This document shows, one piece after another, positions 39,825 to 48,852 of a DNA stretch of 64,000 nt. The notes below the pieces were generated by a model. The model saw only the letters and a program-made list of their open reading frames with translations. It had not been told where the DNA came from and did no database searches. Source of the DNA: a virus. Its lineage: Duplodnaviria > Caudoviricetes. A program made the translations under genes and the position numbers. The DNA lies in the IMG/VR virus record IMGVR_UViG_3300033076_001145, positions 1-64,000 of that record, one strand, 5' to 3'. The number at the start of each line of letters is the position of its first letter. Within the stretch, counting starts at the first letter, position 1.

Positions 39825-41804
39825 ATGTCTTTAGATTTAAACGAAAGTTTTAATAGTGCAAATAAAAAAATAAAATCTTTTAATACTTACAAAGATTCCA
39901 GAAATGAAATCAAAAAACGTATTAAAGGGGCTAGTAGTGATGTTAAAGACGCAACTAACGATATAAAAAACTCGGTTGCGGTTAATAAGGGTGAATCGTT
40001 TTCTTACGCTAAGAATGAGGCAATGAATCAGTTGGATAGACTGATTAATATGTACACTAATTCTCAACAACCAGGACAAGCAACAATTTCTTTTATTTTA
40101 TCTAAATTTGTCAAATCATTTAAAATTCTAAAACCACAACTAAAGGATATTTTTATTAGTTGTATTTTAGAAAAGTTAAATTGTGATTATGAGTCTGAAT
40201 ATGTAATCGGGGATGATGACCCAACAAATCCTGATGGGAACTCAATACACGTTAGAGTTAAAGGATTTGATTTTCAACAAATTCTAAAGATTGAACCCAC
40301 ATCTCGTGCCGGTAAAGTGAAATATGAAAAAGTCCCATTTAATACAACACAAATAAATTCATCCCCTAAAAGTACTAATTATCTATTATGGAATTTATTA
40401 CAAAACAAAGATGTTTGGATGAGTTCATTATATAATGGAGTTTATAAAGGCACAAGTAACCAAAATTTATTTGATATTCGTTATGTTGATAACATTGACG
40501 GTCAAACTTTTGATGACTTTTTTGAGATAAAATTTAAGAAACCGATAAACGCTCAGGGTCAATATCAGAACAAAGGAAAGGTTTTTGATTTTTTAAAAAA
40601 TTATTACAACACTATTGATGTGTTTGATGTTAGGTTTTTCTTCAATGCTTTAATGGACAACCAATTTAATATATTAGACATTGATTTAAAATATGGTCAA
40701 AAAACCTTAACGGATAAAACTAAATTTGGATTGTTTGTTCAAAGGATGTTGGGTCAATGTTATGACAACGATGTTGAAATTTCAGTTGCGGGAAACTCAA
40801 AACTACCTGAATTAGATGACACATCCAATCGTTTTTTTGAATTAACTTTTAACCAAGAAATTTTTATTGAAGCCAAGAATGCAATAATAAGAAAACAAGT
40901 TGCAGTTTTTGAAAATTGTGATAAAGTGGAACTTCCAATTAGTGATGAACAATTGGATTATATGTACGCATTAAATGAATCTGTTACGGAAACTAATATT
41001 GAAAATTATCTTACCAACACGATTATTACAACTCTATCAACAGACCCCTCATGGTCTTTAACTTTCCCATACCCTAACAGATTAAAAATCTCATTTTTAA
41101 AACGAATAGTATCCGAGTTTCCACTTTCAGTTACAATGTCAGTAATGGGTCCAAAACAAATATTACCTTTATTTGTAATGTTAAAGGCACTTAACGTAAA
41201 TTTTCCTGAATTTCAAATCAATAGTCGAGTTGATTTTATGGTTAATTTTAGAAAATTTTTCGAATGTATTTCATCGAGTATTATGAGTCATTTCATTAAA
41301 ATATTATTTAATGAAATTAAAAAGGATTTGAAAAATTTAGTAAGAGTTTTATATATCGATATCTCAGGTGACGCTACCGCATCTATTTACATTATTGTTG
41401 AGAAATTAGTTACCATTACGTTAATTATTGCGGCATTAATTAAAGATTATAAAAGATGTAAAAGTATAATTGACGGTATTTTGGCTTTATTGAATTTAGC
41501 GAAAAACGCCGCCTCAAATTTTATACCTGCACCATTATTACTATTAAGTGATTTACTACCGGGGTTCTCACCAACAAGGGCGTTTATAAATCATATTGAG
41601 AACATGGAAAGTTTAGGATTACCTACCGGACCAGGTCCTGACGGTAGTCCGAATTTAGAACTAATGAAAGACTTCTCAATTATGAGTGCATTTCATAAAG
41701 AAATGATTGAAAATGGTAAAGTGTCAGGTGCATTTACGTTAAAAAACATTAACCCAACTGGAGGGGTTCCGGCAATTGTAACTGTAGGTGGTAAATTTCA
41801 TTAA
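39825..41804 (+). CDS. Hypothetical protein, probably structural (baseplate region)
   Basis: 659-aa ORF in a late operon upstream of the spike-like gene. Confidence 0.6.
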   Translation: MSLDLNESFNSANKKIKSFNTYKDSRNEIKKRIKGASSDVKDATNDIKNSVAVNKGESFSYAKNEAMNQLDRLINMYTNSQQPGQATISFILSKFVKSFKILKPQLKDIFISCILEKLNCDYESEYVIGDDDPTNPDGNSIHVRVKGFDFQQILKIEPTSRAGKVKYEKVPFNTTQINSSPKSTNYLLWNLLQNKDVWMSSLYNGVYKGTSNQNLFDIRYVDNIDGQTFDDFFEIKFKKPINAQGQYQNKGKVFDFLKNYYNTIDVFDVRFFFNALMDNQFNILDIDLKYGQKTLTDKTKFGLFVQRMLGQCYDNDVEISVAGNSKLPELDDTSNRFFELTFNQEIFIEAKNAIIRKQVAVFENCDKVELPISDEQLDYMYALNESVTETNIENYLTNTIITTLSTDPSWSLTFPYPNRLKISFLKRIVSEFPLSVTMSVMGPKQILPLFVMLKALNVNFPEFQINSRVDFMVNFRKFFECISSSIMSHFIKILFNEIKKDLKNLVRVLYIDISGDATASIYIIVEKLVTITLIIAALIKDYKRCKSIIDGILALLNLAKNAASNFIPAPLLLLSDLLPGFSPTRAFINHIENMESLGLPTGPGPDGSPNLELMKDFSIMSAFHKEMIENGKVSGAFTLKNINPTGGVPAIVTVGGKFH

Positions 41805-41807
41805 ATC

Positions 41808-42011
41808 ATGGATAATAATATTATAAAAGAAACTATTTCAGATTATAAGAATAAATCTAATAAAGATTTAGAATACACCTTAAATGGATTAAGTTTAGAA
41901 TTTGAGGAGACAAAAAAATTAATCATTAAATTATCTAAACATTTAGATAATGTCGAATCAAATTATAATAATATTTTAAGGGAATACAAAAACAGAACAG
42001 GTAATGGATAA
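41808..42011 (+). CDS. Small coiled-coil hypothetical protein
   Basis: 67-aa ORF. Confidence 0.6.
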   Translation: MDNNIIKETISDYKNKSNKDLEYTLNGLSLEFEETKKLIIKLSKHLDNVESNYNNILREYKNRTGNG

Positions 42012-43590
42012 AAGAATAATATATACTGGTAAGGTAAAACATATCCAAGATATTTTTGTCACAGGTTTAATTCGAATTATACCTGAAGACGCAGAGGATA
42101 TACAATCATTATTGAATGATTTTTTTAAAAGGTCGGGTCTGACGGAAAAACAATTTTTCAGTGATGATAAAAGAGACATAAATCCAAAACTTTATTACAC
42201 TAAAAACGACCCCTTTGTTTTTCAACAGTTCGGAACAACATCTTTAAGTTTTCAACCTGCGGTGAATGACCTTTGTTTATTAATTTATACCGACAAAGAA
42301 AATAATTCAGGAAGAAAAAATCAATATTATATTCCAGCACCAAAACACTCTATCTTCAATGTCGAATCTGAAAACTATAATAAAACCAAAGGAACACTAG
42401 CCGAGGGTATTAACTATAGTTCAAGAACTCCTTTAAAAAATGTTAATGGTGAATATAACAATAAAAAATATTCAGGATGTTTCGCAGAGCCTGAGGATAA
42501 CGCAATTTACGGTAAAGGAACCACAAATATCATTCTAAAAAAGAACGATATATTAGTTAGAGCTGGTAGTTGTTTAGACGTTTCAAATCCAAAATTTGAT
42601 GGTTTAAACAAAAAGATGGGATTCTTACAAGTGTCACACTTTGATGGGAACAAAATTAAAATAAAAGATAATGTTGTTGAGAATTCATTACCTGACACAA
42701 CTCCAATTGCGAAGATTGTCGAATATGACATAACTTCAGGGTTAGAAGATGGTGAGGATTTATATAATGGAAGTGTTAAAATATATAATGTTCCCCCACT
42801 AAAGGAACTTGCTCAAAATTTATTTGGATTTTTAACACCAATACCCGAACAAGTTAAAGTCCCAATTAAAGAATACACATTTACAGGTCTTCCAGCTTCA
42901 GGGGCTTCTGATTTTGTTAATACTATTTTACAAGGTCTTAATGATGGTAAAATTGAAATTGGAGGGACAACTTATACTCCAACTGAACCAATATTTCCGT
43001 TTTTTTATAGACCCGCAATAAATTTAAGAGGTATATTATCATCACTTGCAAATCCAACAAGTAATCCTTTGGATTTTTTGAAAAAGGCAAATACCATTTC
43101 AATATATAATGATATTAAACTTAGTGGTTCTCTTAATATATCAGGGTTTGGTTTAGTTAGAAGTAAGAATAAGTTTGGTCCTGGCACAAAAAAAGTTAAG
43201 GAACAGAATCCTGCTCATAAGTATGATAATAAACCAACAAGTTCAACTATTGTTGGTAGTAATTACATTTATTTATTGAGTTATAACTCTAAATTACCTG
43301 ACCAAAAAGATGCAATTAAATTAAAACGAGAAGACTATTACGGAATATCTTCGGATACGATTGTTGATGAGATACACCCAAAGACTCAATCAATGGTGAG
43401 AGGTGAGAGTTTAAAAGACTTATTAGACATGATTGTTTTTTATTTAATTAACCATTCTCATCCGTTTTCAATGATGCCCCCATACAATGAGGCTCAAAAT
43501 GAAAATTCCCAACTAACTAAATCGGATATCCAATCAGAACTAGCTCAATTCAATAGTAAGGTTTTGAATACAAATATTCGAATTAATTGA
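42004..43590 (+). CDS. Probable baseplate central spike (gp5/gpV-like)
   Basis: N-terminal OB-like P...D.CLLI segment; C-terminal MVRGESL..LL.....NHSHP with an HxH tip motif. Confidence 0.5.
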   Translation: MDKRIIYTGKVKHIQDIFVTGLIRIIPEDAEDIQSLLNDFFKRSGLTEKQFFSDDKRDINPKLYYTKNDPFVFQQFGTTSLSFQPAVNDLCLLIYTDKENNSGRKNQYYIPAPKHSIFNVESENYNKTKGTLAEGINYSSRTPLKNVNGEYNNKKYSGCFAEPEDNAIYGKGTTNIILKKNDILVRAGSCLDVSNPKFDGLNKKMGFLQVSHFDGNKIKIKDNVVENSLPDTTPIAKIVEYDITSGLEDGEDLYNGSVKIYNVPPLKELAQNLFGFLTPIPEQVKVPIKEYTFTGLPASGASDFVNTILQGLNDGKIEIGGTTYTPTEPIFPFFYRPAINLRGILSSLANPTSNPLDFLKKANTISIYNDIKLSGSLNISGFGLVRSKNKFGPGTKKVKEQNPAHKYDNKPTSSTIVGSNYIYLLSYNSKLPDQKDAIKLKREDYYGISSDTIVDEIHPKTQSMVRGESLKDLLDMIVFYLINHSHPFSMMPPYNEAQNENSQLTKSDIQSELAQFNSKVLNTNIRIN

Positions 43591-43610
43591 TATTTATCTA
43601 ATAAAAGATA

Positions 43611-45119
43611 ATGTCAGTACATTTTTCGTATTTTAAAAAGAACAATACAATACTATATAATAGTTTTACTAACACTGGTAGAGCCCCATATACTCAATTG
43701 TATTTTGGTTCATATAACGATGGGATATCCTCACCAGGGTATAGTCGTTTTATTTTTGACTTAGACCTAACCGACTTAATTGACAAATATACAGGAACCA
43801 CAATTTCCACAGCTTGTACTCAAACACCAATGAGACACATCCTTAAAATGACCAATACTTCGTCATTTGATGATTCATTATTAAACAGTGAAACCTCAGA
43901 TGGTAGGTTGAGAGCAACATCATTTGATTTATTTTTATTTAGATTACCAAAAACTTCTGGTGACACTGGGACATATCAAAATTGGGATGAAGGAGTTGGT
44001 TCGGATTATTATGACGTTAAAAAAACAATTAATTCTTCTAACTCATTACTTACCCCAGTATTATTACCTGATAATAAAAGTTTTTCTCAAAGACCTTCCA
44101 ATTGGTATCACGCAACAACTATATCAGGATGGTCTCAAACAGGTATCTACTCCAATACAAATTCAGGGTTAGTAAATTATAGTGGATTAACAATCATTGA
44201 TACTCAACATTTCCAATTTGGTAATGAGAACATTGAGTTTGATATGACAAATGAAATTAACTCAATTCTTAACGGAACATTGACAGGTGTTACAGGGTGG
44301 GGAATTGCTTATCATCCTGATTTAGAAACAATGTCGGGATTAACGGCAAACTATTCTGTCGGGTTCTTTACAAGACATACTCAAACATTCTACGAACCAA
44401 AATTAGAAACAGTATATGATGATTACGTTAATGATAATAGAAATAATTTTTCTCAATATAAAGAAAATAAATTATATCTATACTCATATATCAATGGGGA
44501 ATTAACAAACTTAGATTCTCCTCCCATTTTTTCACTATTAGATAGTAATAATAACTTTGTTAATTTTGGTAATGGGGTAACTGAATTATCAACTTGTTTG
44601 AGGACAAAAGGAATCTACGAGGTAACAATACCGGCTTTAAGTGCTTCAGCTCCTTGTACATTCTACGATGTTTGGAGACCAATAAATTATAACGGAGTTC
44701 AATTACCTGAGATTGTTAATTCTGTAATTATGTATCCGTTTGAATCTTATTTTGATTTAGGATTTAAAAGTAAAACTCCGTCAATTTATGGGTTTGATTT
44801 TTATGGTCTAAAACAAGATGAAAAGATTGTTAATAACGACCTTAGAAAGGTTGGGGTTTCAATAAAGAAAGCGTATTCAACACAAGAAATCTTAAATGAT
44901 GTTTCGGCATATTATCGAGTATATGTTAAAGAAGGGACAACTGAAGTTGATGTTCAGGATTGGACTAAAATTAGTAAATCATCAAACGAATACTTCTTTT
45001 TCTTTGACACAAGAGACAAAATACCCAATGAGTATTTTATCGATTTAAAAGTTTTAAGTTCAGGAGAAGTTAATACATATAAACAACAAATAAGATTTCA
45101 AATAGTAAATCAAAAATGA
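43611..45119 (+). CDS. Probable virion structural protein
   Basis: 502 aa, S/T/G-rich; SRFIFD, WDEGVG, FFTRHT..FYEPKLE; TATTTAT at 43591. Confidence 0.6.
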   Translation: MSVHFSYFKKNNTILYNSFTNTGRAPYTQLYFGSYNDGISSPGYSRFIFDLDLTDLIDKYTGTTISTACTQTPMRHILKMTNTSSFDDSLLNSETSDGRLRATSFDLFLFRLPKTSGDTGTYQNWDEGVGSDYYDVKKTINSSNSLLTPVLLPDNKSFSQRPSNWYHATTISGWSQTGIYSNTNSGLVNYSGLTIIDTQHFQFGNENIEFDMTNEINSILNGTLTGVTGWGIAYHPDLETMSGLTANYSVGFFTRHTQTFYEPKLETVYDDYVNDNRNNFSQYKENKLYLYSYINGELTNLDSPPIFSLLDSNNNFVNFGNGVTELSTCLRTKGIYEVTIPALSASAPCTFYDVWRPINYNGVQLPEIVNSVIMYPFESYFDLGFKSKTPSIYGFDFYGLKQDEKIVNNDLRKVGVSIKKAYSTQEILNDVSAYYRVYVKEGTTEVDVQDWTKISKSSNEYFFFFDTRDKIPNEYFIDLKVLSSGEVNTYKQQIRFQIVNQK

Positions 45120-45778
45120 GAAGGATTAAACTAACCGAAAATGACTTAATTAACATAGTTAAAAGATTAATTAACGAGTCGAAACACGAATTTCAAAATT
45201 ATGAAGATTCTATTTTAGATAAAATATCTTCAGATGGTTTTGAATCATTGTCAAACATTGAAAAAACGATACTAAATAATGTAAGTTCTGAGAATTTCGA
45301 CACAAAACCAATTATGTTAATGATTGCTAAAAAAATTGCAAGTAGAGAACAATTGACAGATATTGAAAAAATGTTTTATGACGAATATTCTGTTTCTCCT
45401 GTTGAAACTAAAGGTAGGGAGTTGGAACCCAATGTAATATATGATGCCGGAGATGATGAAATTCCAGCATCTGACGATAGGGAGAATAAATTCACATTTG
45501 AGGACCCAAAAGGACAAATTCCGTCAATGTCATTTGAACTTTCAAAAATATACTTCACAGATAAATATTTAATTTTCCAAGGTACATTAGAAGTTGGGGA
45601 TACTCAATATTACGGAAAGATATTTACAGACCCAAATGGGGAATATTTGGGTAATAAATTTAAAAGTGAAAGTCAAACATCTCCTAATGATGACTATGAA
45701 TCAACTCCGATTGACGCATTTTTAACAGTTGCAGCACAACAATTAAACCAAGATGACCAACAAAACAATGAATATTAA
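45116..45778 (+). CDS. Hypothetical probable head-internal protein
   Basis: N-terminal IKLTENDLINIVKRLINE motif. Confidence 0.6.
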   Translation: MRRIKLTENDLINIVKRLINESKHEFQNYEDSILDKISSDGFESLSNIEKTILNNVSSENFDTKPIMLMIAKKIASREQLTDIEKMFYDEYSVSPVETKGRELEPNVIYDAGDDEIPASDDRENKFTFEDPKGQIPSMSFELSKIYFTDKYLIFQGTLEVGDTQYYGKIFTDPNGEYLGNKFKSESQTSPNDDYESTPIDAFLTVAAQQLNQDDQQNNEY

Positions 45779-46292
45779 TGAAACAATAAAAAAGATTCTT
45801 AAAGAAGAATCTGAAAGATACATGTTCTTTAGTAATTTAGAACAAATGAGAAGACAATGTGACCTATTATTAGATTTAGACCGTAATATGGTTGAGGGAA
45901 TTTTATCCAATGGTCATGATTGGGCTCAGGACCACATTGCCGAAGCGAAGAACAATATGGACCAAGTATTTGATTTTTTAATGAACGAATTAAATGAAGG
46001 GAAATCTGATGAAATGATGGAAGATGTGGGGTTAGAAGATTTAGCAATTGCTGATGAGACTGACGGTAAAATGACTCCTGACCAAGCGGTTGCATTGTCA
46101 ATGACAGAAGGTCGTAAAAAAACGGGGACAAAACTATGCGCTCGTGGTAAATCAGCGGCTAAGTCAAAATTTAAGGTCTATCCCTCAGCCTATTCAAATG
46201 GTTACGGAGTCCAAGTCTGTAAAGGTAGAATGCCAGGACTTGATGGTAAAAAAAGATGTTCTCCACCATACTGTGGTTCTAAGAAAAAATAA
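45768..46292 (+). CDS. Hypothetical probable head-internal protein with a basic Cys-containing YPSAY domain
   Basis: INETIKKILKEE; HDWAQDH; LCARGKSAAKSKFKVYPSAYSNGYGVQVCKG. Confidence 0.65.
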   Translation: MNINETIKKILKEESERYMFFSNLEQMRRQCDLLLDLDRNMVEGILSNGHDWAQDHIAEAKNNMDQVFDFLMNELNEGKSDEMMEDVGLEDLAIADETDGKMTPDQAVALSMTEGRKKTGTKLCARGKSAAKSKFKVYPSAYSNGYGVQVCKGRMPGLDGKKRCSPPYCGSKKK

Positions 46293-46337
46293 TTTTTTTA
46301 GTTTATCTTTCTATTGTTTATCCATATATTTATATGT

Positions 46338-46826
46338 ATGGATAAACAAAAAAAATGTAAAGTTTGTAACCTTGTAAAATCAGAAGATGAATTTTACAAA
46401 TCACAAAGGGGTTTGAAATGTAAGACCTGTGTATTAGAAATTACAAGAAAATATAAAAGAAATAAAAGAAAAGATATAGAATTCAGATTAAATGAAAGTG
46501 TCAAACAAAAAGAAAGGAGAGTTCGTCTGTGGCAAAATACTTTAATTCACGATTCAAAGTATAGAGGTGTTGAAAATACTTTAACGGTTAATGATATTAA
46601 TGAAATGTTTGAAAATCAAAATGGATTATGTTATTGGTTCAAAGTCCCATTAATACCGTCAAACAATAAAAAACACCCACAACAACCATCTTTAGATAGA
46701 ATTGATAGAAATAAAGGTTATACAAAAGATAATGTCGTTTTATCTTGTTACTCCGCAAATATTGGTAGAAATGAAACTGATATTGATGAGTGGGAAAAAT
46801 TTTTAAAAATATTGTTAGTTCAATAG
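46338..46826 (+). CDS. HNH-type homing endonuclease
   Basis: CKVC...CKTC zinc finger; GLCY...SLDRIDRNKGYTKDNVVLSC..AN; likely ATG at 46338 after TATTTATA. Confidence 0.85.
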   Translation: MDKQKKCKVCNLVKSEDEFYKSQRGLKCKTCVLEITRKYKRNKRKDIEFRLNESVKQKERRVRLWQNTLIHDSKYRGVENTLTVNDINEMFENQNGLCYWFKVPLIPSNNKKHPQQPSLDRIDRNKGYTKDNVVLSCYSANIGRNETDIDEWEKFLKILLVQ

Positions 46827-46842
46827 TTTTACCATATCTTTG
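46812..46842 (+). promoter_or_regulatory. Bacteroidota-type promoter TTG-N20-TATCTTTG
   Basis: Matches the TAnnTTTG -7 element; precedes the ATG at 46863. Confidence 0.4.
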
Positions 46843-46862
46843 TGAATATATTCATTAATGAT

Positions 46863-47279
46863 ATGAACCCCCTGAAAAAACAATACTACAAACTTAGAAT
46901 CTTATTAAGAAATAATTTTTCTAGACCTGACCATGTTATCGAACAAAAGAAATATGAGTCATTATGTGTCAATGTTGCAAAGTCCCTAATAAAGGACAAA
47001 AATTCAATATTGGTCTATACCCCTAAAAGTTTCAAATACTATATTAAAAACCAAAATCATGGTGTTTATATGGTTATCTGTGATGCAGTTCTTTCAGTCA
47101 CAAACCACAAGTACTCCTACGAAATCAAATTAACCCCAAAAAACGAACGAAAACTAATTAATGTATTCGAGAACGAATTAGAAAAAAGAGGTGAAATTTA
47201 CGACACAGAAATGATTTTACAAATAAAAGATTCATTAACTGATATTTATAATAAAATAATAAGTGATGAACAACAGTGA
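46863..47279 (+). CDS. Hypothetical protein
   Basis: ORF 46842..47279 with likely ATG at 46863. Confidence 0.7.
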   Translation: MNPLKKQYYKLRILLRNNFSRPDHVIEQKKYESLCVNVAKSLIKDKNSILVYTPKSFKYYIKNQNHGVYMVICDAVLSVTNHKYSYEIKLTPKNERKLINVFENELEKRGEIYDTEMILQIKDSLTDIYNKIISDEQQ

Positions 47280-47457
47280 ATTAAAAAAAACAATTAGAAA
47301 ACATCTATTGGAAGGTTTTGCAAAATACTCTAAATTTGAAAGAGCTATGATAATCCAAGATGTTTTGGATAGAGTTGGCCAATATGAGGATGAGTATGTA
47401 AATGCTTTAAGAGAATTCAACTCTAACTTCCCATCAACAATGTATAAAAGAGATTAA
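47266..47457 (+). CDS. Small hypothetical protein (IRKHLLE motif)
   Basis: Preceded by TATTTATA at 47243-47250. Confidence 0.55.
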   Translation: MNNSELKKTIRKHLLEGFAKYSKFERAMIIQDVLDRVGQYEDEYVNALREFNSNFPSTMYKRD

Positions 47458-47846
47458 TCAAAAATCTCTTTTTCTTTTTTCTTATTTTTTTTAATAAAAA
47501 GTTTTGTAACTTCTCCAGACTTCGCGTTTGCAAAATTTTCGGATTCCCCTCCAATATCCTTTCTATCTTTAATATTTAATTTTTCATGGTCATACGCATG
47601 AGCCCACTCGTGTGACAGAGTTCTTAATACATCCGCAAACATTCTCCCCTTAAATAAAATACGAATTCTGTCTTTACCATTATTATATGAACCTGTAGTC
47701 ATGTCTTTAGTTTTTTCGTCTAATAACATTATTTTTAAATCATTCTCTAATGGCATTTTAGTTTGTAATAATTTACAAAATTTTTTTAAAAGTTCGAGTT
47801 GAGTTTTTTTAACCGTATTTTTTTTATATTTAAAACAAATTTTCAT
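47454..47846 (-). CDS. Zincin-like metallopeptidase
   Basis: LRTLSHEWAH (HExxH) followed by E..AN. Confidence 0.7.
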   Translation of the reverse strand: MKICFKYKKNTVKKTQLELLKKFCKLLQTKMPLENDLKIMLLDEKTKDMTTGSYNNGKDRIRILFKGRMFADVLRTLSHEWAHAYDHEKLNIKDRKDIGGESENFANAKSGEVTKLFIKKNKKKEKEIFD

Positions 47847-48540
47847 TTAAAGTCGATAATATTTTTTTTATCAAAATCTCTTCATTAGTCTTTTTCTTTT
47901 TGTAAGAAACCATTTTAGGCTTATTACCTGTACCACTCTTAGGATTGGTTTTTTCAGCTCTTCTTTTTTGAGCACAAGCGGCCTTTTTTTGAGAATCGGT
48001 CATTTTACCTGCAACTCCCGCAGCTCTACATTTAGGATAACCTTTATCTTTTGCTTCAGGTCTTCCACAAGGTGGATGTTTTCCATCTACTTTTCTACAA
48101 ATATTAACCCATGGACCTTTAGGTTGCTTACTACCCTTAGGTTTCTTTTTAGTTCCAAACCATACTCCTAAATCTTCATTAACAAATGGTTTAGATGCAT
48201 CTTTAATTTTTAAAGAATTACCATTATTTAATATATCCCCATCATCATCGTTTTGTATAGGGTGTTTTGACATGTAGTTACTAATTTTTTCAGATTTTTT
48301 CTCCATTTTTTTAATTTTATTTTTTGGAGTATCCATACTTCCATCATAACTATCATAAGCCAATTCCGAGTTATCATATTTTGATACTGGTTCATTGAAT
48401 GGGGATAACTGTGACTTTTTAAATTTTCTAAATCCCGGCATTATTGGAGCACTATAAGAACCTCTTCCTGCGGAGTCCGCAGTCGACTCATTTACAGGAC
48501 TAAATACCTTATTGATTATCTCATTAATATTTCTTATCAT
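47830..48540 (-). CDS. Basic hypothetical probable head-internal protein
   Basis: VNES/VNED/LNEN motifs; WF...WVNIC...CGR...YPKCR module. Confidence 0.65.
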   Translation of the reverse strand: MIRNINEIINKVFSPVNESTADSAGRGSYSAPIMPGFRKFKKSQLSPFNEPVSKYDNSELAYDSYDGSMDTPKNKIKKMEKKSEKISNYMSKHPIQNDDDGDILNNGNSLKIKDASKPFVNEDLGVWFGTKKKPKGSKQPKGPWVNICRKVDGKHPPCGRPEAKDKGYPKCRAAGVAGKMTDSQKKAACAQKRRAEKTNPKSGTGNKPKMVSYKKKKTNEEILIKKILSTLNENLF

Positions 48541-48560
48541 ATTAATAAATATTTGAAACT

Positions 48561-48806
48561 ATGGAACAAGACGGATTACTAAATCAAATACAAGAAAAAG
48601 TTAAAGAAATTACACCTGAAAAAAATGTATTTAATGCAATTTTTTATAATACTGATTCAGAATTAGACATGTTCATTATGAACTTAAATAATGAACAGGC
48701 CCTTTTTTGTTTAATTGAGGCTTGTAAAAAATCATATGAACGAGGTACATTTAATATGATTGAAAGTGAGATAGTTTCAAAATCAATCAGAATATTGGAA
48801 AAATAA
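48561..48806 (+). CDS. Hypothetical protein
   Basis: 81-aa ORF ending at the bidirectional terminator. Confidence 0.65.
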   Translation: MEQDGLLNQIQEKVKEITPEKNVFNAIFYNTDSELDMFIMNLNNEQALFCLIEACKKSYERGTFNMIESEIVSKSIRILEK

Positions 48807-48832
48807 AAAAGGTCAGATTTCTCTGACCTTTT
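48805..48832. terminator. Bidirectional Rho-independent terminator
   Basis: aaaaggtcaga-tttc-tctgacctttt (GAAA loop on the minus strand), between convergent genes and downstream of the major capsid gene. Confidence 0.9.
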
Positions 48833-48852
48833 AATATTAACATTAAGATATA

